From Pecten maximus (Eukaryota): 64,000 nt of DNA. The stretch lies in the NCBI RefSeq assembly GCF_902652985.1, contig NC_047033.1:8308001-8372000 (forward strand), in the 5' to 3' direction. A program made the translations under genes and the position numbers. Of this stretch, positions 12,091 to 26,259 are shown one piece after another. The notes under the pieces were generated by a model. The model had not been told where the DNA came from. It made no database searches and saw only the letters and a program-made list of their open reading frames with translations. The first letter of the stretch is position 1, and each line of letters opens with the position of its first letter.

Positions 12091-15047
12091 GACATACGTT
12101 CATATATACTGTCTCCTATAGGTAGTGTCTATCAGCACGGAGACTTGTAATTGAAAACTCTTTATGTATAAGATCTGTAAATAGGTCTTGACCAGTAGTT
12201 GACAGAACAAGAGGCATATCAAAGGGACTTAACGGTCAAAATTAATCTGTAAATATTGGTCTTGCCCAGTTGCCGACAGAACAGGAGGCCTATTCAAGGG
12301 CATTAACGGTCACACGAAGTCTGTTTGAATCATTAATGTTTTGACATAAAAAGAAATAATAAACAAAAATATAGAAAATGATATAAGACATAACACAGAC
12401 AAGTAACCGATGTCTAGCACACAGGTTAATCTATAGAAGGTATTTGATTTTTGCCTGTCGGTGATTAAACAAGGAAACTGCAGGTTTTATTTCAGCAAAT
12501 TCAACTGTTTTGGTCAATGCCCTTCAGACCCTCATGACGAGCTAGTCAAATTTTGTTTTGTTATCACACTTTCACCATCAATGATTACAATTTAAAGTAC
12601 ATGTACTTCCAAAATAGACTCAAATAATCATTTAAAAAGGACAGAAGATAGATGTGTCAATCCATAGTTATAACGATTGAAATTCTTCGTAAAGTGTAGT
12701 CAAGGAGGTAACAGAGGAAACACTTCATCGCACAAGATGTGTTGCAAGACCAAGGGAATAAAAATCGAAGGAATAATAAATTTAACAGAATCAAACGTCT
12801 ACTTATAGCTACAGTGACATCATTTTGGACAAACAGTGATCGATAGGGAACTCTGTAAAGAGGATAGAGGTTGCGCCAACTGTATAGTTGAAGATTGTCC
12901 CAGTTTTTGTTTGATTAATATATATCTTGTAAATATTTAATTGTACTTTTATTCATCATCACTGATATGATTCTCCTATACAAACTACAGTAATTTTATT
13001 TTTTTACTCCCTTCTCCTTGAGGGAGAGGGGGTCATATGCTGTTGAAACTACAGCCCCTATGATCAGGGACCGCACAACTCATTCACAAGACCGTGGAAA
13101 GCCCTTGACACGTTTTATCGAAAATGGTTCAAACAGTTCTGAGAGGGAATTCGAAAGTGTAGATTGTTTTCAGACTCGGGTCACCCAACGACGATAAAAT
13201 ACACATAAAAATGTCACGGAGGTGACATAAAAACCCACTAACGGGAACAGTCTCACAAATTTATAGCAAACATCGGATACACATTCATTTTGTTAGACAT
13301 ACAAGTGGAAATTAAAATGAGTAGAATATTAATTCAATAAAATTAGTGTTTACAACAGTGAAAAATAACACTCTTTCGTAATTGTGAAAAGTAGCACCTT
13401 TACTACCAAATGAAAATGAAAACACACAACATAAAATACTATATAATCGACCTAATGGTAAAGTCTATACAGTGGTACGTAACATCGTATCACGATAGCG
13501 TTAACCTGAGGATTATGGACAAATTTTGTTAGAATTTGTAGAAAGTAAACATTTTGTAAACAGAATATATAAATGCCCTCAGTAACCACTGTGTAAAATA
13601 CATTTGGTTTTGCTAAATACGTTAATTGGTATTATCTATGTAATATACGAATAAAGACAATATGAATCATTCAATTAAGTAATAACTTAATTAACGAATC
13701 AAACACTTGCTCGTCATGGATATGTTGTCAAAATGAATATAGGTTCCTAAATTCAGGAAAAGCTACATTCCGATCTTGATCTTTTTTTTTTAATAGTATG
13801 TTGCTTTCCACTAGGCGAAAAGATACGGGTCTCTTTTTGCTCTGTGTCCCATGGCAAGGACAAACTTACTCCACTCCCTTTTTTATATGATACAGAAATA
13901 CAATAAATGCTGCGAGCTTTGTTTGCTTTATATACAGATAACAATGACACAGAAACCTGGCAAAAAAATTCTATGGGTACTCCGTTTTCTTCCGACAGTT
14001 AAACCCCTCGCGAGCGTCCGTCTGCGCCTGTTAGAATACAAGTTAAGCAATTGTTGTAAAATAATTAAGTTTTATTGCTACCTTTTTCATTTAGTGCATC
14101 TAATTGTTTGGTATTTATAACAAACTCTTATAACTCTGAGACATGAAATTGATTCAAGGTTGATCAAGTCGGACTATCTGAAGGAACAGGAGCTGCTTAC
14201 CGTACCGAAACACGTAGTCTTGTGCATCCTTTACCGATTTCAAAGGCCGTGGCGTAAACCTTTCTTCATATTTTGACCTAGTTTGCCATTGCTCTGATAC
14301 ATATATGTATATACTAGAACTGTAAGGGGATTACAAACAGAACACTGATATAAACATTTCTTATTTATCCTTTTACTTATACAGGATGCGTTCTTTCTTA
14401 AGATTTGCGTATCAGCCTAGTGCCAAGATTATCGAGATAAACAGTCATTGTTAAGAAGAAAAAGGATTGAAAAGGCATTGTTGGGAAAAATTCAAATCAT
14501 CAACTCGTTCATTTGTGCCCGCCTAGACTTTTATTTGCAATCACCACTGGGATTGTGTATCTATAAAAGTCTCTTTAAATCATGGTTGTGAATAGATACG
14601 GATTTAATTGAGCACTTTGAATGCATGAGTGGTATACAGGCAGGCATATCATTTAATCATGTATTTATAAGGAAAGCTTCAGGTTGGCGGCGTGGTCAAA
14701 GAGAAGACCAACCGGTTTCTTTTTAACATTAACTAGTGATATTAAATACGTGGTTGTATATATTTTGATGTACTGTGTTTAGAATATCCAGTTAAGAATT
14801 TACTCGCTGAAATATATATCACAGTACATGTAGCAAATTTGGAGTATATAGATGATTATTTGAAATTCGAATTCATCTTTGAGGACGGAATCTACTTACT
14901 TCTTATTTAAGGAAAATATAACATTTTGTTCCAAATGTGCCGTATACCGCATGATGGAAACGCCTACGCCACGATTAAAAATTGACGTGGAGTACCTTGT
15001 AAGAATTATTTGGAAAAATAATTCAATACCAGGCATCTAATGACACT

Positions 15048-16355
15048 ATGGGTGCCAATATATTGTTATATTTACTTGGTGTGATATTGACATTCTCGTG
15101 TCCTGCTACACCGTACACACACGACAATGTGAAAGCTCTTCTTACAAACATTTTCACAACTAACTCGTACAACAAGATGGTTCGTCCAACAGCAGATCAA
15201 TCACACTCAATAACTATGTTCTTGAACCTTAATCTTGTGGGAATAACCAATATTGACGAGGTACAAGAAAAAATGACAACCACGGCATCCCTTGAAGTGT
15301 TTTGGATTGATGAGTATATGATTTGGGATCCGGCTGACTACAACGACACTGATATACTTTATGTACCTCAGAAAAATATCTGGAAGCCAGATATTGCTTT
15401 GGACAATGGCTTTACTAAACTGGAGGAACTTGGAGACGATTTTTTATTGACAAGAATATACCACGATGGCACCGTGGAGTGGCGACCGTACGATGTGTTT
15501 GAAACAAAATGTTCTATTGACATAACATACTTTCCCTTTGACAAACAAAAGTGCGACATCATATTTGGAGTTTGGATGAGCCCGCTGAGCGCAATTGACG
15601 TTGAGCTAGGTAAAAGAGGCATCTTACTTGATTCATATCAATCCAATGGTGAGTGGGATCTCCTAACAACGTCTGCTGAAGCTTCAGAATCACAACTAGA
15701 TGGCGCTGTTGTCACCTTCTCTATAACGGTAAAAAGAAAGCCCCAATACATTCTCAACAACGTAGTGCTTCCTATCGTCATGTTGTCACTGCTTTCGGTG
15801 TTCGTATTTGTCCTACCTGTTGACTGCGGAGAGAAGATGGGCTATATTATGACAGTTTATCTAGCCTTTGCTGTCTTTCTGACAATAGTTAGTGGATCAC
15901 TTCCGGTAAGCTCTTCTATGTCGTTACTGAGTATATACCTGACATTACTGCTCGTTTTAGGAACAGTTATTGTTATGATTACTGCGTTGGAGCTTCGCAT
16001 TCACTACCGCGATAGTTCGCGTGAAATACCTAAGATTGCCAAATACATGGTACGGTTTAGCAAATGGTTGCGGTGTATTAGGCCAAACAAGATATCTCAA
16101 GTCGTGAGTAAGATCGAATACAGTCTCTCAAATGTCAGGGATACAACAGAAAACGAAACGACTGCAGATGCCATTAGACCGATTAAAAAGAATGCATTTT
16201 GTGAACCTGAAGTGGTTGAAGAGATCGTCTGGCCAGATGTGACGTCCGCAATCGATTTCTTCTTCTTCTGGTTTTTCATGCTGATAAATATAATAGCAAC
16301 GGTTTGTATATTTACAGATGGCTACATCAAGAGTGACAAACAAGCCGCTGTGTAG
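15048..16355 (+). CDS. Intronless Cys-loop nAChR-like subunit, non-alpha, copy A (435 aa)
   Basis: Signal peptide, IWKPDI, Cys-loop CSIDITYFPFDKQKC, GEWDL, KRKP before M1, PVDCGEK linker and four TM helices. No vicinal CC in loop C. Confidence 0.95.
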   Translation: MGANILLYLLGVILTFSCPATPYTHDNVKALLTNIFTTNSYNKMVRPTADQSHSITMFLNLNLVGITNIDEVQEKMTTTASLEVFWIDEYMIWDPADYNDTDILYVPQKNIWKPDIALDNGFTKLEELGDDFLLTRIYHDGTVEWRPYDVFETKCSIDITYFPFDKQKCDIIFGVWMSPLSAIDVELGKRGILLDSYQSNGEWDLLTTSAEASESQLDGAVVTFSITVKRKPQYILNNVVLPIVMLSLLSVFVFVLPVDCGEKMGYIMTVYLAFAVFLTIVSGSLPVSSSMSLLSIYLTLLLVLGTVIVMITALELRIHYRDSSREIPKIAKYMVRFSKWLRCIRPNKISQVVSKIEYSLSNVRDTTENETTADAIRPIKKNAFCEPEVVEEIVWPDVTSAIDFFFFWFFMLINIIATVCIFTDGYIKSDKQAAV

Positions 16356-19024
16356 GTGTATTTTTAGTCTTTAGCAGGCGAATAAGTTTACATGGTACAG
16401 TATTTCTCGTACAATATACTGTTATCTTATCTTTTTTTCTTAATTTTTGCATTGAAAAAGCATGTCTTACTGTAAAAATCTAAACTCAAAATTATAGAAC
16501 GGACTATAATTTCATTAAACGTTATTTTAGATCGCCAATTTAAACTGTTAGTGAGCATGCTAATAGTTCGAGTAATACGGGATATTCGAGTTATTAGAGA
16601 CTAGACCTACTCCAACAATGTTAGAGGTTTTACACGGCGAGATACTTTTAACAGGCGCCGTGTCGCAGTCGGCAAAATCATATCCGACATAAAAAGAGCC
16701 GACCAGCGGCCTCTTATGTTATAGGAGTAAGGCTAGACCTAGACCATTATAGGTAATGGTCGTATGAGTGTTACACTGTCCACACTGAATGGCTACTATG
16801 TAACGTCACCGTGATTTATTACGATTTATTTTCAGTTGCCGTATTGCAAAAAGAAGACATGTAAAGATTTAACAACATTCAATTATTATTTAAAGAAATA
16901 TAAACCGATCGATTTATTCATCCATTTTCAAGTAAATGATTTGTCTAAATCATGGCAAAGGCCTACCCAATTATCCACCGTACTATCCGTTCTGGTTAAT
17001 AGGTGCGAAGAGTAACTTTTGTTCGATATCGCAAGAAAACTTCATTTAAGCCCTGCCAAGTAATTGATGATGGTGTGTGCGATACATATTTACGTTGTAC
17101 AGTGCATAACCTTCTATTACCTTTGCTACATGCTGTCATTCCGTAATTTGGTTTTACACAAAAATTGGAACTTCCGTTTGCGTTCAAAAAGACTTATTAG
17201 AAATGTATTCATATAACAATTTTAATGATGTAGATGGTAGAGAAGGCGACTAATCAAGTCAACCATTATTATTTCCTGTTTTGACGGGACACCCGTATAA
17301 CTGATTTATTCATTTAACGGGTTTTACGTCCGCTATTATTTAGACCTTTCAGCTGACGAGACCTGTATATCACATGATACAGATCTATACAGCACAATCC
17401 CGGGGCCCGACAAATCCACGTGTGACGGAGGTAAAAAATTGTTAGGTTGCCACCTGTTAAAGGAATATGTAGGATTAATACTATAAGTATGAAAGGAAGG
17501 GGGCAGAATCAACATTTAACGAATGCAGGTTTGAGAAAGTTGGGTTTTAGTGTACATCTAGTTTGTGATTGTCTAAAAATCGTTTTCCCTAAAGAAAACG
17601 AAGGTAGAACACAGTGAAAACAATGGTTTTCGCCTTATCCAACGTTTTCTATCGGGTTAAGCGATTATCATAAAGCATTGTATATTAATAAGAGTATACT
17701 TGAAAAAGATTGTTTTTTCATAATGGGATATTGTAAGACTCTCCGTGATGGAACACATTTTAATACTCAGATATTTATTTTGAAAAAAATTAAATGCAAT
17801 ACGTAACTAATTCGAATCCAATTTGTTTAAATTAATATTTAGTACAGATGTGTTATTCAATGATAAAGGGCAAAGGTACTCTGCATAGCCGGTTATTTTA
17901 GCAAGAGTAAAATTCGGCGTTTAACGCAAAAATACAAAGATTAAATATTAATGTGTTTGATTTTAATGATAGCCCGAAATACAATTATTTTTGCTATGAT
18001 GGTTTTAGCACCCGATTTGCATTCATGAACTGTAAAAGATGAAAAGAGAGCATATCTATTGTAAGATTTTAAAACAGAAATACTTATTGATTAAAACATG
18101 ATAGATTAATCAAGTCCCATCACTATAGCGCCATTGGTATATTAACACTGTGCTTCTATATTATAAGTGTTGGGTTTAAATGGTATCTACATGTAGTTTA
18201 TGTTTAGTGACGCTAATATCTAGCTGGAAGTAATTCAACTATTCTAGACTAGTCGTTTAAATAACCCGCTATACGTATGAGCCAATTTTATAATGGATAT
18301 TTTCCTCTTTTTCTCTTATATATTTCTTTTTCTCTCTTATCTATTTCAGCGCATATGAATTGCAATGAAGTCAATAGAGCATAAGACTACATTATTACAC
18401 ATAAACCATAATTTATAACTATACAATAAACATATGTTTAAACGGTATAGTTTTATTTCTTTAAGAGCATAAAAGTATGTATTAGCCAATAAAAATTTTA
18501 TGCCAAGGCTTATCAATTTTTTAGGACTTAATTTTTTTAGGATTGCCTCAAACTGAGTTGTTTATATTCGAGCTTATGACCTAAAGTCAAATAAATGGAA
18601 ACTGTCATTAGGAGTAGTCAAATGTCTCGAAACTTCAGTAAATATGACATTTTATTTAGCGAAAGTGTCAGTGTCATCTATTTTTATATAACGTTTATAT
18701 ATATATATATATATATATAATCTTATTCATAACAAATATGATAAAATGTTTTGGTGTATATTTGTCGCAATTATGACATTCGTTGATATTTAATGTTAAT
18801 GTAATAATGTATTATTCAGTCATTCAACTAGTGTCTTGTCTTGATATATTAAAAAAAAACATAATCTGCAAGGTAATGGGTTTACCCTAGCATTATAGAC
18901 CTGAGTTTAATAACGTATGATACTGTTGAAACATCCACCCAGTCATGATTCACATTAATATCGAATAGCACTAGGTTTGTGGGTATCCTCGCAGCAGAAG
19001 ACGCTAACCCATTGTTAACACCTG

Positions 19025-19257
19025 GGCCCGGTTGTTCAAAGGTGATTGGGCTATTCACAGTTTAACAACAATATTAAAATCTTGATAAAATAATTTCTGG
19101 TAAAACTTATTTGACAAAATTTCTGAAACTATAACTTACCAGTCTCTTCATACCTGCTGATTTTGAAGAATATACACGCCTATAATTTGAAGTAAAGGAG
19201 AAATGAGATTTTCACTAATCAAGTGATTAAGCTAATCACCTTTTAAACAACTGTGCC
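19025..19257. mobile_element. MITE, Harbinger-like (CTG TSD)
   Basis: TIRs GGCCCGGTTGTTCAAAGGTGATT and AATCACCTTTTAAACAACTGTGCC; CTG on both sides (19022-19024 and 19258-19260). Confidence 0.7.
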
Positions 19258-19781
19258 CTGGTAATTATCATTCGGTATTAAGTTGTTCACATTATTGTAT
19301 GTCCTCGTTTGGTTGAATTAAATAATAATTATGATATCGATCACACCTTGCTATCATCATCTTGTTTATTACTTATTACTCAATTACTCAATTTTATCAA
19401 TTGTAATTTCCTGTAAATAAAAAGTTTTAAACAATTCGTATCATACCAGCGATATTTGTTTTGTCATATCCAGAATTACAGCTTAATATAGTTAACAGGG
19501 TAAAACGCTATTGACGCCAGCTATAATAATATAAAATATATTTATGTGGACTAATCATACTACTAAATAAAAACACAATTTGTGTCAGAACTTGTCTATC
19601 AAAATGAGTGTTCCTCATATGACAGGAGAGTACGATGTTACTGGAGAGGTACAAAGGAATTATTAAGGACCCGGTTAGAAAATTCCATTAGTGTTAAATA
19701 TTTTACTGACTTTTGAATTGACCTTTCCGTATGGGAAACTGTTGAATTATGTATAGTTTAAATGGCTGATTTAGTATTCAA

Positions 19782-20002
19782 GGGGCCGCGGTGGCCGAGT
19801 GGTTAAGGTGTACCGACACTTTAACACTAGCCCTCCACCACTGGGTTGCGCGTTCGAAACCTACGTGGGGCAGTTGCCAGGTACTGACCGTAGGCCGGTG
19901 GTTTTTCTCCGGGTACTCCGGCTTTCCTCCACCTCCAAAACCTGGCACGTCCTTAAATGACCCTGGCTGTTAATAGGACGTTAAACAAAAACAAACCAAA
20001 AA
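19782..20002 (+). mobile_element. tRNA-derived SINE (V-domain-like), copy 1
   Basis: Box A TGGCCGAGTGG, box B GTTCGAAAC, V-like core TCTCCGGGTACTCCGGCTTTCCTCC and an (AAAC)n tail. TSD ATTTAGTATTC at 19769-19779 and 20003-20013. Confidence 0.9.
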
Positions 20003-20872
20003 ATTTAGTATTCCAAATTTCTACCTCAGAACCCTGTTAGCACATGCTTGCTTATGAAATGCATCTACCTGTACATGTTTATTCAGGGTGATAAGCGTAA
20101 TATGATATCACTGAGAGAAATTTGCATCACTTCAATTAGTAATGTGCATCCAGATCAGAACACACTTAAAAGGTAGCTAAGTAATTAGCTTAATTTATGG
20201 TCGTAACGGCATAACAAGTTGGTTAGTTGTATTCTAAATTTTTCAGCATCCTTAGTTTGGTACTATCTATCATATGGGTATATATACGACGATCCGTGCA
20301 CCGTGTGTTGTTTCTGGACACACCAGGTTTGTACATAGCTTTCTTTTATTGGCTGTTGATAAGTTCATCGGGGTAATGTAATTGTTGGTCACTGATTGGG
20401 CAGCAGTGAATAGGGCCCGCGTCCCCTTCTTCATTCTTCATCCATCTTGGATGTACAAAAAAGCGGAAAATTATAGTCAACATTTTTAATTTCACCCACT
20501 AGCTACACATAATAGCTTATTTAAGCTGTTTGATGTAGGTTTTTCAGTGTTATCTGTTTTTGTGGTTTTTTTGGCTGTTTTTGGCAACCCCACTCAGGCT
20601 AGATGGAATTGTAATAATTGCTTCTATTGTTTATAGAATGCAATGACAGTATGATAAATTTTATCATTATCTGTATTTGTTTATGCTTTCTGGGACATGA
20701 GTATGACTCTAGGTTTTATGTAATATATTTTAATTGTCACCATTTTGGTGGCCATTTTCATTAAAATCTGAGTTTTCTTGTTATGAGTGTAGATCATAAA
20801 TGCTATTAAAATTAACAACGGGTTAGAATGCTGAATCAAGTGATATACCACGACAATATATACATTGTAAAT

Positions 20873-22115
20873 AGAGGATCTGTCATGAGTTTCCCTTCAT
20901 ATTAGATTTATGATACGAGTTTTGAATTTTTTATTTTTGCGAGCCTCTGGCGAGCAAAAATAAAAAATTCTAAACGAGTATCATAAATCTAATATGAAGG
21001 GAAACGAATGACAGATTCTTTTTATCATATGACGTTTTCTTTCATCGTTCCCCATCAAAAACTGATTTTCTCTTTTGCCTTGAATCGTCACATCTCAACC
21101 AAATCACCCGAACCTTCGAAGTAGGTCAATTATACCGACGAGAGAAGAAATAGTTCTAACACAACTGACTCTTGAAAAGGATTCATTTTATTAAATACAC
21201 GTCTCAAAACAAAATTTCAGCATTTTTTCATTTAATCTATAATAGATAAATTGTCCTTGGTGTTTGAAACAATGAGGAAAATATTTTAGTTTGAAAGTTC
21301 ATGAGCGACTGTTTTTGATGTGACGAAGCCGTGACGTCACTTGGCGCGATAATGGAGGCTTCGTTGTACAAATGTCTATTCGCTGTCGCTGTCGTACAGA
21401 ACCATTGTACGGCGCCTTTTCACTGCTTTGTGTTTATCCTCGTCCTCGCGGGAGTTTTTGGAGATATGAAATGTTCCACCGTGAATATTCCCACTGAGCA
21501 TTGTGTTCAGACTGCCGTGAAAAGCGACTTTGGATGCCGATTTGTTGGCAGTGTTGTTTGTTTTGACATTACACGTGTTTGTCGACGACAGTGTCAGCAT
21601 GTTATTCTGAGTAACCGTTGAAGGCAAGTTGTAACAAACTACATTGCCGTTTTTCATGAGGATTTTATTAAATAATGTTATTATTTGTTTATTTGAAAAG
21701 AATCTAGACTAGATATGTCTCATCGGACAACGCAACCGCAATTTTCTATCGGAGTTGAAATATGTTACTAGGGGTCATAAAATAGATGTTTGCCAGGCCT
21801 AATTTAACATCTTATAGTATAAATATAATTAAAAAACTTAGGATGTTTACATCTTGGATTTTATCTTTGATTGTACAATATGTTATGTTAATAGACCATT
21901 TTGTCGTTCAGTTGATTTTTTTTCAAAGTTTACAAGCACAAGTCGCCATTTTTACGAGTCGTAGTAAAAAGAAGTAGGTCGTTCCCACGCGTATGAATAC
22001 AGTTCTCACGGAACCAGCCAATCAGCGTAGCGAAAGGTGTTATTACACTAGTGTCATAAAGAAAATTTATGTGATGGGTTTATGACACCGTATATAACGG
22101 TAGTCATATGATAAA
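20873..22115. mobile_element. Non-autonomous element with a terminal hairpin, possibly Crypton-related
   Basis: Hairpin at 20875-21019; inverted pair TTTATCATATGAC (21021) and GTCATATGATAAA (22103-22115). The internal minus-strand ORF remnant 21376-21657 ends GGTFHI...KRRRTMVLYDSDSE, a C-terminal tail style I associate with Crypton/DUF3504-type proteins. Confidence 0.45.
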
Positions 22116-22986
22116 TATATATACAATTGTATAAATTACGATAAGCGAATGATACGATATGTTATCACTATAGTTTACATATGCTTTACCCCATTCGCGC
22201 TCTTCCATCCAGGCACAGTAGAGTGATTTGTAAATTTTGTTATAATGTTTCGTCATAATTGTAAGTTTAGATTTGCATACATTACATAACATGATTGAAT
22301 GTCAGTAACTTACAACTATGACTTTCTTAGAGCTGTGACATGAAGGAAGATCCATATAAGAAAGCTATTAATTAACAACCGGTATACAACGCAAACATGC
22401 CTAGATACTTTCGTACACCCGACCAACCCATTGTTTTTCCATAGACTATAGCGTAAATGTTTTGGAATATATCATTAAAATTCTTGAATGGCAAATATGG
22501 TCTATAACAAAAGTTTAGGGTCTATATATAACACTAAATAAAAAAAACAAAAAAACCGGTGGGTCCTTCAGCTCATTTTTTTCCCGTGGTAGCCATTTTG
22601 AAAATGGGTGCATTTCGCAGTAAAAATCTCAAAAATTTGAAATGTTTACCTGTTAATTATTTTGATCCGAACTTTTGAAAGAAAATTCAATCGGACTTAC
22701 GAAAATTTATATCAACATGGATAGTTACCTATCAGGCTATACATCTATTTTGTAACTTCACACATGTAACATGGCCAATCAGTGGCTGCCAGACATTTTA
22801 TCCCCTGGCTCAACTTTTATACACAGGGGATGATTCAAAAGTCTATTTTTCCAATTTGTTGGTTGTTCCATATCACCTCATGTCTATATTCACACATTCA
22901 CTTGTAAATAGGTAATTTGTTTTTTCCTCGTTTGTCAGAGAGATTGAGACACTTTTTCAAAAATCTAATCGTATACATTTTAAATA

Positions 22987-23180
22987 GGGGCTGCGGTGGT
23001 CGAGTGGTTAAGGTGTCCCGACACTTTAACACTAGCCCTCCATGGGGCAGTTGCCAGGTACTGACCGTAGGCCGGTGGTTTTTCTCCGGGTACTCCGGCT
23101 TTCCTCCACCTCCAAAACCTGGTACGTCCTTAAATGACCCTGACTGTTAATAGGACGTTAAACAAAAACAAACAAACAAC
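22987..23180 (+). mobile_element. tRNA-derived SINE, copy 2 (internal deletion removes box B)
   Basis: Near-identical to 19782-20002. TSD ACATTTTAAATAGG at 22975-22988 and 23181-23194. Confidence 0.9.
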
Positions 23181-24963
23181 ACATTTTAAATAGGATATAA
23201 TACTATTTGATTTTGATTTGGAAACGCCATACTTGTCCGATTTTCGTTTCGCTAATATTGTAAGCGTTTCTATTGTTATGTATTCAAGTATGAGCGCATT
23301 GCCAAATTTTATATATTATTGCTATGATCAATAGCTAGGAAACATTTGCGATGATTTGTTATCTTGTCATACAGATCAATTGCTATAAGATTTGTTTGTT
23401 CGTATGCTGAGTTCTTTCGTCCCGTGAACATGGCTATGGTCATTAGGAGGCGGGTTTCTCCTTTTAGTACATGTAGTTGGTGACTACCTCATCGAGCAAC
23501 ATACAATAGGCCAGTCGCATGCCATCAGGAGCAATTAAGATTAAGAGTCTAGCCTATTACAAGAAAATCCTTTAAAAAATACAAGAAGAATATGTCCAAG
23601 TTATTATAATTTACAGAAAACCTGAAGTATATTTTTTATATATACTACGTATCAAATACTTATAACACTCAATCCAACTTATTAGATACGGTATATTCTA
23701 GCATGTGCATTGGAGAAGATTCAATTAATTCAACACACAATATTTCCCAATGTATTTAGATTTACTACATAAATGAAAGGCTATGTACCCTGAAAAGTTT
23801 CGATAGATTTTCCGAAGGTGCTATTTACATTATTGTTGTTAGCATTATACCTTTAATGAATTGCTATTACCGATATGAATTCATGCGTGAAATGAACTAC
23901 ATTTTTCACTGATGCAGTAAGCATAGCATCATATATCGACATTAATAACACTACTGGATACATGTGTACCAAGGATATTGATGTCCTTTGTAAAGATGAT
24001 ATATAAATACAACGAGTCAAAATGGGATATCTGATATAAATAAAAACATTGATGAATGCAATCTGTTGGAAAAATAATTACAAATTCCGTCGTGGAACAG
24101 TTGAAATAGAAAATGATAATTAAGAGAGAACTGTTGACACAAAAAACTAGTAACTATGATAGCCATCGAATAAATGACCTTTGTTTAAATAAACTAAAAA
24201 GTATATGGTCGCAATGTTTGATTAGGTAAATATGTATGTACTTTTTATTAATAGTAAAGGTAAATGTATCTCTCGTGGGATTAGTTGCAATTAGACTAGT
24301 ATTCAATAACTCTGTGGTTTGATCAATAAAGAGGAGTGGCTCACATTGGTATTTCCAAGCTATTACTAAGAAGAGAAAGCATATATCAAACACAGCAAGT
24401 ACTTCGTGTAACGACATCATCTGTGGATTCCTCACCGTTCACCACTGAAATATAATAATATGATAAGAGTTCATAAATGTGTTGGGAGTACCATACGGCT
24501 TTTGTGATGACACTGGTTGAAATGTGGAGATCAGCTGTTTTGAAGGAAAAAGTATACATTTCTATCATTTTGCGGTAGTCATCACATTATTGTTCAAGGG
24601 ATCATTCAGTATTCAATAGAGGATCTGTGGCATGGGACAGAGAAATCTACTGATGCAAATACATTTTCAAATAGATATATATTTCTACTTCAAACATTTC
24701 GCATTATAGTGGACAGTTTCAAGACATATTCATCAAATTGCATATCGTATTGTGCTTTGTTATGTTTCGTTCGTAGCCATTTTGCTGGAAGTATATTAAC
24801 AGATATATGTGCTCGCGATTTCCGTGCAGCAGTATACACGTACTAGAATATATCTAATTGGTTATAACTGTATAAGTGGTGAATCGAGGGAGGAAAGTGT
24901 AGATCCTTCTACGAAGTATTTTAAACATACTAACACTTGAGTACAAATAATTAATTAGCAGCA

Positions 24964-26259
24964 ATGAGAACTATTTCGCTGGTGTCGCTACTTTGTGTGC
25001 TTGCAACTCTTCCTTGTCCTGCCACATCATACACACACGACAATGTGAAAGCTCTGCTTACAAACATCTTCACAACTAACTCGTACAACAAGATGGTTCG
25101 CCCTTCCGCAGATCAATTCGTCCCAATTATTTTGTACGTGAACTTAAATTTAGTTGGAATAACTGATATCGACGAGGTGCAAGAAAAGATGACATGTACT
25201 GCCTTCTTAGAACTAGTCTGGATAGACGAATATATGAATTGGAATCCGGTCGATTATAACGACACCAGTGTCATATATGTACCACAGAAAAATATCTGGA
25301 AGCCAGATATTTCTTTGGAAAATGGATTTACAAAACTAACGGAACTTGGCGATGATTTTTTACTGACTCAGATTTCCAGCGAAGGTAATGTCTTGTGGCG
25401 TCCATATGATGTATTTGAGACAAAGTGCTCAATAAACATAAGGTATTTTCCATTTGATAAACAAACGTGTGATATAAAATTTGGCGTTTGGACCAGCCCG
25501 CTGAGTGAGGTAGACGTTGAGATAGGAAGTGATGGCATCTTGCTTGATGAATATCAACCTAATGGTGAATGGGATCTCCTAACAACTTCTGCCGAAGCTT
25601 CAGAGTCACAACAGGATGGCGCTATCGTCACATTTTCTATAACTGTGAAAAGAAAGCCTCAGTACATTCTCTATAACGTAGTACTTCCGATTATAATGCT
25701 GTCTCTACTTTCGGTGTTCGTATTTGCTCTACCCGTCGACAGTGGCGAGAAGATTGGCTATATAATGACAGTATACTTAGCCTTTGCAGTTTTTCTAACG
25801 ATTGTAAGTGCGTCACTTCCGGTAAGCTCTTCCATGTCCTTATTGAGTATGTACCTGATATTGCTTCTGAGTTTGGGAACTGCAATTGTCATGATTACAA
25901 TTCTAGAACTCAGAATCCACTACCGCGACGGATCATATGAAATACCCAAAATTGCTATATGCATGGTTCGCTTTAGCAAAACGTTGCGGTGCATCAAGTG
26001 GAACCAGGTCAGTCTAGATGTGACGGCATTTGAAGAGAGCCTTAACGACGGTAAAGGAAAATTGGAAAATATCAAAGAGGTACACATGTCGAAGAAACCC
26101 ATCAAGAAGGCTTTCGCGAAACCAGACCTGTCTCTTGAGTTGACTTGGGCAGATGTTACGTCCGCAATTGACTTCTTCTGTTTTTGGTTTTTCTTGCTGA
26201 CAAACATAACCACAACATGCATTATATTTTTAGATGGCTACTTCAAGAGTAATATGTAG
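24964..26259 (+). CDS. Intronless Cys-loop nAChR-like subunit, non-alpha, copy B (431 aa)
   Basis: Same architecture as copy A; Cys-loop CSINIRYFPFDKQTC and PVDSGEK linker. Confidence 0.95.
   Translation: MRTISLVSLLCVLATLPCPATSYTHDNVKALLTNIFTTNSYNKMVRPSADQFVPIILYVNLNLVGITDIDEVQEKMTCTAFLELVWIDEYMNWNPVDYNDTSVIYVPQKNIWKPDISLENGFTKLTELGDDFLLTQISSEGNVLWRPYDVFETKCSINIRYFPFDKQTCDIKFGVWTSPLSEVDVEIGSDGILLDEYQPNGEWDLLTTSAEASESQQDGAIVTFSITVKRKPQYILYNVVLPIIMLSLLSVFVFALPVDSGEKIGYIMTVYLAFAVFLTIVSASLPVSSSMSLLSMYLILLLSLGTAIVMITILELRIHYRDGSYEIPKIAICMVRFSKTLRCIKWNQVSLDVTAFEESLNDGKGKLENIKEVHMSKKPIKKAFAKPDLSLELTWADVTSAIDFFCFWFFLLTNITTTCIIFLDGYFKSNM

Noticed and set aside
11540-12150. Long ORFs across the N run
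   Set aside because: Artefacts of the assembly gap.
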